Positions 1 through 12,571 of a DNA stretch of 64,000 bases are shown piece after piece. The stretch's first letter is position 1. Every line of letters starts with the position of its first letter. The position numbers and the translations under genes are program-made. The notes beneath the pieces are model-generated. The model was not told the origin of the DNA. It did not search any database and worked only from the letters and a program-made list of their open reading frames with translations. The DNA is from Podarcis gaigeae (lineage: Eukaryota), in the NCBI GenBank assembly GCA_964106915.2, contig OZ066916.1; one strand, 5' to 3'.

Positions 1-334
1 TAATACCTTGGAGAAGCCTGCAGACAGCTTAACTCCAGATCAACTGGAAATATTATTAGCAATGCTCATATACACAACCTCAAAACTGACCTCCTCGCTT
101 TCAATTTTGGCATGACAGAGAAGTCACAAAAACACAATAAATACTGCATATTATCATAACAGGAAGTTTAATTTGTTCAGCTCATCAAAACATCAAGGTT
201 TTAGTGTACATTGTTAAAAAAACAACTACAATTCTACTGCAGACTGAGATACTCAGAATGGAGAATCTTCAAGGATATTCTGTTTCCTGATCTTCGAAGG
301 TCAATCTTGCTACATTCAAGGAAGTAGCTCTGCC

Positions 335-399
335 TTTATTTATCAATATTAAGTAAGGCTGGGTTTTCAGAATGGGGATTCATATTACTGTGTTTTATT
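335..399 (-). terminator. Candidate polyadenylation signals (AATAAA x2) in the TBC1D32 3' UTR
   Basis: tttatt on + at 335-340 and 394-399, about 360-420 nt past the stop; AT-rich background makes chance hits likely. Confidence 0.3.
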
Positions 400-754
400 G
401 GCAAACTTGTATGCAATTTAGAAATTTCAGGTAGATGTTGAAGAGAAGCAAAGTTTAATAGTATGGAAATCGCTCCAAGAAAATATAAGCAGGACATTTA
501 AGTAATTCAAGGGCAGGTTCTGAAGCCAAGTGTAAACAAGGCTATGGTGCATGGCTAGAAAAACACATTATTTTTCAGATGAACCAATTTAGAGGATGTC
601 TTGTGAAAGCGGAATGCTGAAGCGCCTTATTATTGATTTGGCAGTATGTACATTTAGAATGAATGCATTTTTATAGAGAAGTATATAAAACAAATAATCA
701 GTGTCCTTTTAAGAACGTAACTAAAATTTGAAATGAGAGGCTCATTTGCTTGAT

Positions 755-874
755 CTATGTGTTCTGCACTCTAATGTTCTTCATGTCTCTTAGCAGCACT
801 GGTCTGTAGGTTAGAGCCAAGTTTTCCATGTATTTGAAATAATCACTCACTTGAAATCCATGAAGTGCTTCTTC
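755..874 (-). CDS. TBC1D32: TBC1D32 last coding exon 33 (120 nt including TAG)
   Basis: gtgcag|GAAGAAGCA acceptor; [17 protein letters not shown]...IRVQNT*. Confidence 0.96.
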   Translation of the reverse strand, partial: EEALHGFQVSDYFKYMENLALTYRPVLLRDMKNIRVQNT

Positions 875-3859
875 CTGCACATTGCACAAAAGCAAAGTAT
901 TAGCCAGGGGAAAAATGATGGATATTAACATTTGAGGCTTTCCCAAGAGACAACTTGTTTTATTTTTTCATCCCATTTAGAAATTTGTTCTGTTTCCATT
1001 GTAATACACAGATACTGCATTATGACAAAAGTGAAAAATAGACACATCCGTTTCTATACAATGGTGTCTAATGACATATTTACTAACGGAATTAATACAG
1101 CAAAATGAGGATTTCAAACTTTACATATTTCTTAGCTGTATCAGTATACATAATTTGAAGTATAAAATAAGCTACAATTTATCAGTAGCCCTAGTTAAAA
1201 TAAATTACTGTTTAATATAAATGAGCAGTGTGTTATTTCATGCTGCTCCAAACTTCCCAATTTGCTTCAACCTGGTCCTACCGCCGCCACACAGCAAGAA
1301 AAGCAGCTATGACACTGGTCTCATCGTTCATTTGTCTCCAGATAAAGAACAAATGGAAACCTATGTTTGTTCTTAGTTTACTACTTATAGTTTGGAAATA
1401 AACAAGCCACAAGCCTGATGCAGACAAGGCAACCTGAGGTTTGTTTCCTCAGCACAGGAGTAGCATGCTGCTCTATCACACTGAACCATCATTTATTTTA
1501 ACCATGGTTTACTGTGACATGCATACTTGGCCAACTAAGGGTTGAACATTGCCTTGTCCCATACCCTCTGTTTGCAGTTGCATGCCATGTCCTATTTTGT
1601 TTCTGACAAATTAAACCAACCATCTTGTTAGGTTAGCACTCGTTGCATTATGAACAGCACATTTTGAATGCCTTTTAAAATAAGATAATTGGGAATTAAC
1701 CCAAGGACAGACAAGTTTAATTATTATTATTTTAAATTTCTATACAGGGCAGTTTATGATAGAAAAACACAAACATGAAAAACATAGTAACAAATAAAAA
1801 CAATAACATCCCACAACAGAGTTTAAAAGGGCATAGATGGTTTAAGGCCTGGGTGAAGAGGAATGCCTTTGCACTGATTTGCTATTGAGGGATAAGGAAC
1901 TGCAGACTTTTGTTCTCCCAGCTCCTACCACAATGCTGGCAAGAGCTGGAGAAGGATATTTTCCAAAGCTATCCGCTGTTAAAGTAATCTTAGGGACATG
2001 GTAAAACTTTGCAAGGTGCAGAGTATCGGTGAAGTCGGTAGTTCTAAACAGAAGTGGTTGTGAATTCCTCTACAAAACAACAGCAAGTGTTGCAGATATT
2101 AATATTTGCATCTCATTTGCAGTAACTGTAGCATTAATGGCTAGTAAACACTGGGGAGAATAATTAAGTTTTTAGTATACACTGAAATCAATGCTTTGTC
2201 AGTGCTTCCCTTAATCTAGAGGCAAGTTTAGTTGTTACTTTGAGCGCTGTGTAAACCATATGGAAATACAAGATGAGGATTTTGCTGCCTTTCCACATTA
2301 AGGTTTTGATGGGGGGAAAGTAATTCAGATACTGTTTTGTTTGTCAATAATTGTGTGCATACCTGTATGATGGTTACTAGATGCTTCAAATCATCTATCT
2401 AAAATTGCATATTATATATTATGTCACTGTGCAAAAAAAAGTGAAACACTTGGTTGGAGTATTATGGGCCACCAGAAACCTCACATACTGTAATGGAGGA
2501 TAGTGGTTTTGTTAGAGAATCTTCCACTTTTATCCATATATATTATTATAAAGTAATTACATGACAAAGAGCAGCTGGCTCTTCTTGAAAGTCAGCACCA
2601 GAAAAATCGGGATAAGAAAATGCCCACATAGACTTTTGAGGTGTGGGTGGGTAGGAGAGAAGGAGGAAAAGAAGAGGTGACCTGACGGGCCCACAATCCT
2701 AGCTACAACTAAATACTGACTTTTAGTATCAATGGGATGAGTAATTAGAAATTATTTTCTTTATGAAGCAGTTAATAAGGCTTTTATTGGAGAGATTTGC
2801 AGTTAATTGTCTCAGCCTACTAACAAGGGAAATCCATGTGCAGAAAAAACCTACCACGTAATAACCAACATGGATGCAGATGTTCGCCTGTATTACAATG
2901 CACACCTGAGTTCCATTAAACTGGCTTGTGCATTTGATGTAAATAGGTTTGTACATTCCTATATGTAGCCACAAACTGTTGCACACAGCTTCAAGTAGAC
3001 TGGGTCCTCTTAATTAGAGTTTCCATTTTAATGATGCACTGCTTTGTGTACTTAGTACTGTGTTTCCTTCAAACAATGTATTGTATTCTAAGGGTGTAAT
3101 TTACAACCAATTAAGTCCAGAGTATTCTAGTTAAAATTAAACTGGAATCAGATATGGTGGATTTACTTTCCAAAATCTGCCAAGTCAAGCCTAGTTATTA
3201 AAGTCTAGTTAGGACAATTTGACAGAGAGTGTAAATTAAAATCGTGTTCTTTCCTCAAAAAACATTTATTTTTCTCTTTTATAAAAATACAGCAAACCCC
3301 ATGATTCCTTATAAAATGTGTTCAGCACACTTTTAATGAGAGTTTCATAATTTTTGACCTATTATTTGGCCTCTGTATCTTAAGAACTATTTAATCATGA
3401 TGGCCTGTCATCAGATGTTAAGATGAATTTTATTAGGAGGAAGAATAGCTCTGGTGTGTTGTCTCCTGCTATATAATGAGGACTACAGATCTGTCATGCT
3501 ATTTTAAAATGAATGTCAAAGATTTTAAATTAAAAGTACATTTTGGGAATCACATTATACAAAATGGCTGTTATAGACAGGCAGCAGCTAATGGCATGTT
3601 TAAACAATTAACTTGATATTTCTTATTTTAAAAGTATTATCCAGTCTAGAACGATATATTCAGCTTTGATTCTAAAGTTATGTATATCAAACAGGGTTTA
3701 TTAAATTTAATATATATAATGCCTGAAGCAACTCTTTTCATACAAAGAATTCTACTTTGGAGTTTTCGTTTGTGCATTCTTAGAAAAGGTAAAGACAGAT
3801 ATGAAACTTAAATAGAAAAGCAGCTTTCATAAAATAATAACTCATTTAACTTCATCTTT

Positions 3860-4200
3860 AAAATTTATATCCCTACCTCTTTGCCCAAAGACTTAGGGGC
3901 AGGGGACAACAATAAATACATAATTAATGTTAAAACAAAACAATAATAGTAGAATAAAAACAGTCTGCCTAGGTGTCAGTCTACATTTAAAGAAGGTCTT
4001 TAGCTGAGTCCTAAACCTGAACGACGTCAGCACCTGCCCAATGTCTGGCAGAAGTGCTTTCCGCAACTGGGGTGCTACTACTGAGAAGGCCCTCAGATGG
4101 GTTATAAAGTCCCAAACTATTCTCAATGATGGAACCATCAGAAAGCTCTCCCTAACAGATTTCAACTCACAGGCAGGTTGAAATGGGGAGAGGCAATAGG
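3860..4200 (-). mobile_element. Old L2-clade LINE 3' fragment (~)
   Basis: ORF 3893-4228 contains RAFSVVAPQL...FRTQLKTFF, typical of the L2 ORF2 C-terminus. Confidence 0.7.
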
Positions 4201-4399
4201 GATAAGGAAAAATATATATTCTGACCACCTAAATTAGTTACCAGAACATGCAAAGCACTGACATAGTTACCTTCTCAATGACCATTCATTCAGCTTTGAA
4301 TTAACTCAGGTTTGCCAAAAGCTCATTTCTAGTTCTGAAATTCTTCACTGAGTTTTCTGAGTTAATACAGCCGCTACACTTATGAGGAGACAGGACTAT

Positions 4400-4480
4400 C
4401 ATGGATACTTTAGCTGAGATTTGTGCATTGCAGGGGGTTAGATTAAATGGCCCCTGTGGTCCCTTCCAACTCTACAATTC
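4400..4480 (+). mobile_element. CR1-type 3' tail fragment (~)
   Basis: gcattgcagggggttagattaaatggccc...tcccttccaactctacaattct; same tail as the 11374 SINE. Confidence 0.6.
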
Positions 4481-4973
4481 TGGTTCTAATAAAAGGCAGC
4501 TACTGTTTCTGCAGATTAATGTAAAGCTTAGAAATAAACAAATCTATAGCTTAAAAATGTTAAGAAGAGCCCTGCTGGATCAGATAAAAAAATCAATCTA
4601 GTCCAGCATTCTGTTCCAACAGGGTTCAGCCAAATCTCCCTGGAAATATCACAAGCAAAGTATTTTGCTCAAAGTCCATCAAGGATATGGCATTCTGTAA
4701 AAGAGAATGACATATCAAGATCAGGCTCATCACCAATTCCCAGTGAACAAACAAGGAAGAATCTATTTCATATACATTTGGCATATGCATTTGTTTTCTT
4801 TAAAGGATTACAGAAAGGATATTTTCCTTTGTCACTAAGTAAAGTTATGAAGAAAACAGGCTGAAAACAAACACATATTCAAAGAAGAATTTGTTAAGTT
4901 TTTCTAAAAACCTGATATCAAATCTTCAACACTGTTCTATTATTCTAAGTCATGAAGATAAAGAAGAAATTAC

Positions 4974-5162
4974 TTTAAGAAAAACTTGGAGATCCTGAGT
5001 CTGCGTATGCTGAAGAATTTCTTGCTGTAGATGCTTGAATACAGATATACACATATAAATCTGATAATCTGGGCCAAGAAAAATACAAATGGCAATGTAA
5101 TGGCAGATCTCGCTCCAGTCCAAGTAATTCCAGAAACACTGAGTCAACCATTGTTGACAGAT
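4974..5162 (-). CDS. TBC1D32: TBC1D32 coding exon 32 (189 nt; [16 protein letters not shown]...QDLQVFLK)
   Basis: tcctag| acceptor, AAA|GTAATT donor. Confidence 0.96.
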
Positions 5163-6930
5163 CTAGGAAAAAAACAATAATCCAATTCATCACTTCCAAC
5201 AGCAACTGTTCCACATAATGCATCCAGCTCTATATACTCCATTCTGAGGTCCCTTGCAATTGTCAGCTACCATAATTTACAACAGAAATCCACCCCCCAC
5301 TCCTAGTCATGGGGGGCGGGGGCAGCACACCCTGTTTCGCCACTGGAAGTGAAATGTTTTTCCCTGAAGGTTCCCAGAGCTCACTGAAAACCTGAATCAC
5401 TGCCACTAGTACGGGCTTGTCTGGGAAGGCAGCACTTCCGTTTGTAAAAGCAACTAAAGCTCTAGACCACGTCCCCTATGCTAGGGGGAGGCATCTTTTC
5501 TCAAAGAATTTGAACTAAAAAGGAATGAGGGAGGTGTGTCATATCATCATCTCCCAATTGGTCGTTTGCACTGCATCTTCTTTCTGGCAATCATGGGCAT
5601 AAACAAGTTTCCACCTTAGTGTAGCATCATTAAAAACCCGGAAGAAGATTTGCTACATGAAAGAGTTTTCTAGTGAAGAATGTCACAAACAATAGTACTT
5701 TGGTTTTGTTTAATGTGTTTGTATTTAGCAGAAGAGGAGCTCTCCAACTTTTTAATAAATCTGACATTCTGTCATTAAACTGATTATGAAAAACAAAATT
5801 AGAATAACTGTTCTTTTTGTTGATCTCTACCACGACAATTTCATTTAGCTGTGAACTTATGAATCTTGTGTTAATCAGCCTGTAAATATTTACAAAAGTA
5901 AATCAGGCAAAAGTACTAATTTGATTGCAAAAGATAAGGTTTAAAACAGATTTTAGCTTGCTTCATTTGTAATCCAACAGTGACAATGGACTGGAACCAG
6001 ACTTTTTCTTTTTGTGGACAGCTTCTAATCTAACAGAGAAAACCATTTTTTGTTGAGTCCCCCCTACACTCTATGACTCCAGAAAAACTTACCTAGAGGA
6101 TTAAGGATCCCTTGGAAGGTAGCACTGGGGATTTTGAGAAATGGAAAAATCACTCCTCCTCTTTCATGGGAGCGTCCTGAGCAGAATTCTGCTGAGGGGA
6201 TCCAGCAGGAACAAACTCTGAATCTATCCCAATTAGTGTTTAGAGAGCAAAATTACTTTTGCTCTTTTCACTTCAAATTATGGTGTAAGAGCTGGCATCT
6301 AATACACTGCCCAATTCTATGTATTTTCATTCAGAGGCAAGTCTCATTGTTATTCCTAAGCATTCAAATACTTTCAGCGTTATTGTGGAAACTGTACAAT
6401 AAATAGTACATATCAGCAAAACAAACTGTTTTTTATTGCAGTAGCAATAATTCATTTTTTTGGTCTCACCTGTATAACTTGATTTCAAGTATGGTTATGA
6501 AGAACTACCAGACAAAAGCAATTCAATTTCAAAAAGCTCTCTCTTTCTACAATTCCCAGCTGACTATTCATTAGCAGTAAATATAATTTATAGTTAACTC
6601 TGCCCACTGCTGTGCATTTAAGGGTCTGACAAAGCTATTCTTTTTACCACTATGCTTTTTAAGAGAAAAAGAAAAATCTTACTTCCTGTGAATTTCTTTT
6701 CAGAGTTGCTTCAACATGAAATGATTTAGTGGAAGTCCTACCCAGCTGGAATCTTGTCTTAATTTCCCTGAAAGCCTCATTTAACTTAATGAGACTTACT
6801 TCTGAGTAAACACCTAAGGGGCTCCACTATAGAAGAGGAAAGTGCTTTGGCTCCACTTTTGCAGTCTCCCTTTCACTGACAGTCAAGGCAACCATTTTTT
6901 AAATAAACAAATTGGAATATTTTTTATTAC

Positions 6931-7071
6931 CTGTGACGACGTAAAACCAGACATATGGAACGCAGAAAAGACTAGTGGTAACTCAGCCTTCAGCAACATC
7001 TCAACATAGTGTGCACTGCAAAAATAGATTGGATGGATCCCAGACGCTGCTGTGTCAACGGGCAGGTGAAT
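6931..7071 (-). CDS. TBC1D32: TBC1D32 coding exon 31 (141 nt; [47 protein letters not shown]), TBC-like region
   Basis: gaccag| acceptor, CAG|GTAATA donor. Confidence 0.96.
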
Positions 7072-8767
7072 CTGGTCAATGAAGCAATAATACCCAAAAG
7101 GATCCTTATTATACAGCTTTTCAAAGGTCTCCCTTCAAAAAAGGTGTCACCTTCCCTCTGCCCATTCATTATCCACATGCAGAATAGAACAGTGATCGCT
7201 TTTCCTAATTTATGTCTAGCTGTAGAAAGTTTATTTGCTCCCAACACAACTAGAAAAAAAAAATAGGGCAAAGTAGCCAGTAACATTTACCATTGCTTTG
7301 GGAGCAATGGGAAGAAAGGACTACCTGCTTCCCCCTTCCCTCCACAGCCCCCTGATAATCTGGTCCTGAAGGCTGCCCCCCCCCCCCGGGAATATGGGAC
7401 ATAAGTGATGGGAGCTGCAGATGGATGGTGGAACTGGCAAAAACTGCATGTCCCTCTTAAATGAATGGAGAAGCGCCTTAGGATCCAAGTCACAGTCCTT
7501 GCCAGGGCCAGACATTTGGCTGTCTTCAAGCAGGTGCATTGCACATTCCAAAATGTGTGTTTCAGGATCCCTTGGAGTGTTGTCGAAGGTGTTGTAGCAC
7601 ACCTCTAATGCTGGACTGCTTCACGGAAACCAAGAGCTGCACACTAGAAAGAGCTGTGGCTCTTCAAGGAATCCTGGCATGCACAGAATTCCTTGGTGCC
7701 TAATAGAAGCATTTCGGTCCCAAGTGGACTGCTTGGGGTCTTTCTGCTGACCTACCTTTTGCAGGGAGGTTTACTATCTCTAAAAAGTAGTGTACAGAAA
7801 AGCCTGTTCTTGCCAGAAACTCCATGAATTGACTGACAGCCTGCTTGCCTTAAACTGAGTTTATGACATTTAACTGCTAACTTGAGTGCTTTGTTACCAG
7901 TATTAACAATATGATTTGGCTTGTGGCTTCCCTACTAGATGTGAACCATTGCTTTGACCTCTAATGGCCTTAGAAACAAACGGGCATCAACTGTGCAAGC
8001 GTCGAGAAAGTTCCAGAATATGATTTGGAATTGTCACATGTCCATAATGTTCATGAGTAGCACTTCTTGATCATGCCCTACACTATTTCTTAAACTCTTT
8101 TTCAAATCTTAGCCATATGGCTTTATTATTTTGGGGTGCTGACATCTCTCAAGTGGGGAGCCACACTTGCCCTGTTTGCTCAGTTTTCTAGTATGTGGAA
8201 GTTTATGTTAGTAGGAGAGTAAAAAATTAAACATACAAGTTTTCATTTAATTCTGTGATTATTTATGTTAAAGGAAACTTGTATAAATATCTGAGATGCT
8301 AAAATAGTGAGGCTCTGACTAGTAGTGACAATGCAAGCTGGCTTACTTTTTCCCCCCTTATCCAAAATTGCTACTTTGTATCATTTAATGATTTTATAAT
8401 AAAACAAAAGCTAATAATCTAAAGCATGAGCTTGCACATAGCAATAGTAATAAAAAGGCCATTCAATAGTTCTATCTGCCTACATACAGAATTTAACACT
8501 ACTAATAAAGTGAATTTTATGGCTCACTTTAAAATTCAATAACACCACCACTGCTGTCTACCTGTTTTCCCCCGGTTCCAGACAACCATTTGAGCAGATG
8601 TCAAATCCATATCTTTCTGAGAGAAATTTTGCAGGGCAAACATTTGGTTAAAAAAACCTTTAAGTAACTGCATTGTGTTCTGTTTATAAACAACTTTGGA
8701 AATATTAAATTTCATTTAAAATGTTCAGAGCAATCTTGTCAAGATGAAACCTTTTTTGAAGTCTTAC

Positions 8768-8922
8768 AGAACTGTGCAGCCGTGGTAGCCAAAGGAATGC
8801 TGACACAAGAAGACGGGAGAACTGGTGGAGAAAATTTACTGTTTTTTCCCTGTCTCCCATCATTATTAGAAATACAGAAGATGCAAACCAATCAAAGCCG
8901 ACGTATCCTCCCTGCAAACCAC
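8768..8922 (-). CDS. TBC1D32: TBC1D32 coding exon 30 (155 nt; [20 protein letters not shown]...WLPRLHSS)
   Basis: cctacag| acceptor, TCT|GTAAGA donor. Confidence 0.95.
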
Positions 8923-9395
8923 CTGTAGGAAAACGTTCAGGAAATCCAAGGGTTTGTTGTTAAATGCAGAAAAACCCTGCCATCGAAAACACATCTATTA
9001 GTAGACCATTATTAGAAAAGGATCAGGCCTAGATACCAAATCCAGAGACTTAAGGGTATCCACATGCATCATGTACAAAGTACACCCCTTTCATTGCAAT
9101 TGTGAATGCAAATCTATAACTGTGGGATGTCTGTGGATCTGCTTTCTACACTGGAGTAAGTGGGGAAACCACTGTAGATTTTAAAAAAAAACTGTGGGCA
9201 GAAATAGAAACATAGATGGGAGAGCATCTGCTCTGGAAAACATGCCTGTTGAGAAAGGAAAATGTTATGAAGTTCCTGCCTATATGGCACAAATCTTTGT
9301 GCCATCTTAAATAATTCAAGAAGGCATCTTAAAAATTATTTTGACAGTTATACCGACAAAAGACTTGGTGATGTTTATATTATGAGAAAGGATAC
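8923..9395 (-). other. U12-type (minor spliceosome) GT-AG intron 29
   Basis: 5'SS GTATCCTTT (9395-9387); branch-like TTTCCTGAAC (8944-8935) close to the terminal AG. Confidence 0.88.
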
Positions 9396-9511
9396 GCAAC
9401 GACGTCCTTAGAACTGCCTGTTGTCGTTTCAAAAAATTTCCACAGTGCATTATTACATGGCATAGATCATCTTCGGCATTCTCTCTCAGCAGGTTCAAAT
9501 GTTTACCATAG
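9396..9511 (-). CDS. TBC1D32: TBC1D32 coding exon 29 (116 nt; YGKHLNLLRENAEDDL...VLRTSL)
   Basis: poly-T...gtttag| acceptor; donor C|GTATCCTTT (U12-type). Confidence 0.93.
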
Positions 9512-11373
9512 CTAAACCAAAAAAAAAAAAAAAAAAAGAGTTTAACTTAACTAGAAGCTATACACATTTTCATTTACTTATTTCATTATAGAAAAGAGCA
9601 CACCAGACATTAATGAGAGTGATTTGTAGCCCATTGGCAGAAGCCTTAACCCACATCATATTTATAGGCAATCTATACTGGGAAAACATGTCTGCAGCTG
9701 TTTCTTTCTTTTAAACCTTGCTACTTTATTTAAGATGCATAACATTGCACATGAACTAATAATATGAATACAGAGAGCTGCTTTATGCTCATGGACGGGT
9801 TTGGTACAAACCCAACAATATTTGTGACTCCTTCTTCAAACAGCTGAACTCCATCACCACCACCTATGGCACATCAGAAGCTGCATTTGAAAGTCCCTGA
9901 TTCCCAGATTAAACAGTTTTCCATGTGGCTCAGATGGCTGGTCTTCAAAAGAAAGCCCCTTTGGTTCGTGGTACTAGTTTAACGGTTCTTTGAATCCTGG
10001 TCTGACCTCTTTCTCCAAATAAAGCACACTCTGCCACTTAAATGAGACCGCTGGTTAATTTCTGCGTGAAATGTATGATTTAATGGATTAAGGCATTGAT
10101 TTGACAAAATTATGCTCTTTCTGTTATAGATGCTGCAACTGCATGCAAAGAATGATGCAGTTACTCAGATATTGCTCTTCCACTAATGTAAACAAATAAT
10201 CCCAAACCTTCCTTATGCCCAGCTCCAACCAAAGTTGTTGGTGGTTTTGCTGGGGACACAGGAGCTGGGTGTGAAGCCTCAAGATAGGTGCAGGAAGGTA
10301 CAAAAAAGTATATTAAATACACATCAGATTACATGTTTCCAACCACAACTGGTGCCGTTACAGCAAGACCAAGATACATAAGAGGAACGTAATGTGCAAC
10401 ATAAAAATAAGCAAAACAGAATTTTGGAACCTGTACCTGGTACTTTCCATGACTATCTATCTGCATCTGCTTGCAAATCCTATTTGCCTTTTTAAAATTG
10501 TGTGAGTGTGTTCTCATCAAGGCAAGGTAGCAAATAGAACAGAAATAATGGCACAACAGTATTGTATAAGCATTTGCACATTTAAAATGTTAAAACAAAT
10601 GGGCTGCCCTACAACTATAATATGTGCCAGCCTAGTGAAAGCATAGGTGTGGTGTGTATTTATATTTTTATATAAAAAATATAGAGCAAGAATGGCTTAC
10701 CTTTCTGGGCCTGAGGGCTGCAGTTAACCTTGAACAACCCCCTGAAAGCTGCATACCAGCAGTGCATGTGATCAAAAGTGTGTGTAGCCATCTCACTCCC
10801 TTGCGCGCGTGCACACACACACACACATCCATTGATACTAGACATTTTTAGTATAAAAACTTATTAAATTCTTCCACAAAGCATTCTGCTTTGCTTCAGG
10901 CTTCCATTTGCACCCCACTGTTCACAGCTTAAGTCAGCTTTAAAATGCACATTATGTTGATTTAGATTATTATTCATTCTAGGAAGATCAAATAAAGCAC
11001 ATACAATGGAAATATGTTGATAGTTTAAATAAATGAATGAAACATTAGTGGTTCAAGAGCAAGGAAGTAGATTACTAGGTCTCAGTTGAATTAATATGGA
11101 ATTATTAAAGCATCTGTTAATAGTATTTTGGTAAAAATATAGTGTACAGAGCTTGGTTACTCATACTAGAACAGCTTACTACAAAAATAATAGTATGTAT
11201 TATAAAGATGTTTTTAAAATATCTGATACTCCTGTTACTGCACTTCCTATGAGGCATGGCTTGAGGGAAGCAATGGCTTCCTGTTACCTTACCATGTAGA
11301 ATTCACACTGTTGTTCATGACTTTAAAAGCCCTAAAGGGCAGAGGCCTGGCTGATTTAATGAATCAAGGTGAC

Positions 11374-11517
11374 CACAGATTCAAAGAACTGTAGCGTTGG
11401 AAGGGAACATGAGGGTCATCTAGTCCAATTCCCTGCAATGCAGGAATATTTTGCCCAATGTGGAGCTCAAACCCACGATCCTGAGATTAATAGTCTCATG
11501 CTCTACCGAATGAGCTA
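11374..11517 (-). mobile_element. tRNA(Lys)-derived SINE with CR1-like tail (~)
   Basis: Minus strand reads tagctcattcggtagagcatgagactattaatctcaggatcgtgggtttgagctccac (decayed tRNA-Lys head, A/B-box-like), then cctgcattgcaggg...cccttccaacgctacagttct. Confidence 0.75.
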
Positions 11518-12230
11518 CTCTCACTCCTAAAGCCTGGTGTGAACTTATTTATGTCCTGCCCTTCGTCACAACTTATCTCAGGGTGAATTACAAAAAAGTT
11601 ACAATATGATAAAGCACTAAAATACTGTTAAAATCATCAAAGTAAACCCATATGATTGCCTATACCTACTCTCTGTAACTGTGTGACTACACAGAGATAT
11701 TTAGAAAGCATGATGGAAGAGAAAGCAATTCAGCTGGCGCTGAAAATGAACAGCATCAGCTCAGTCTTGGAGAGAGGGACATTCCTTAACTGATGGAACC
11801 AGCGCTGAGAAGCCTCTAATTACATTTTTGGTGGTACTGTCAGAAGGACCAACCTAGCTCATTTCAAAGGCTTGGCAGGACAATATAGAGCAGGGTAGGG
11901 CCACCCACCTGTCAATCACCTAATGTCATAAAGATGTCACAAGGGTCTTGCAAAGTTCCTAAGCTTATATTGTAAAATAACCAAGAATGTTCTTCTATTT
12001 CACTATTGCTCCTACTGTGACCAACAGGGATCTTTAGATAGACCTTCTCAGTAGAAGTCATACAATTATAAAATTCTCACTCCTGAGATATCTGCTAGTC
12101 AGAACCTAATCATCTAGAAGCACTCTCTAGTTTGGGGTGGCCTTTGGTGCACCGGGTTAATTCAAATTGTTAACTGGTTTCAAGACAAAACAAAACATGA
12201 TTTTTGTATTCAGTTAGGGCGTTTATCATA

Positions 12231-12571
12231 CAGTGGTGCCTCGCAAGACGAAATTAATTCGTTCCGTGAGGCTCTTCGTATACCGGTTTTTTCGTCTTGC
12301 GAAGCAAGCCCATTGACAGCTTAGCGGATTAGCGGCTTTTAGCGATCTGCTGTTAAGCGGCTTATCAGCGGATCAGCTGATAAGCGGCTTAGCGGCTTAG
12401 GAAAAGGGGGGGGGGGAAGGGGAAAAAACCCGAAGGAACTCGCGAGACTTTTTTGTCTTGCGAAGCAAGCTCATAGGGAAATTCATTTTGCGAAGTGCCT
12501 CCAAAACGGAAAACCCTTTCGTCTAGTGGGTTTTCCGTCTTGCGAGGCGTTCGTCTTGCGGGGCACCACTG
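12231..12571. mobile_element. TcMar-Tigger/pogo-like MITE
   Basis: TIR CAGTGGTGCCTCGCAAGACGAA / TTCGTCTTGCGGGGCACCACTG, TA on both sides, repeated CGTCTTGCGA motifs; second copy at 58231. Confidence 0.85.

Noticed and set aside
11440-11517. tRNA-Lys gene on the minus strand
   Set aside because: Stems and anticodon are mutated and it is fused to a CR1-like tail, so it is a SINE head.
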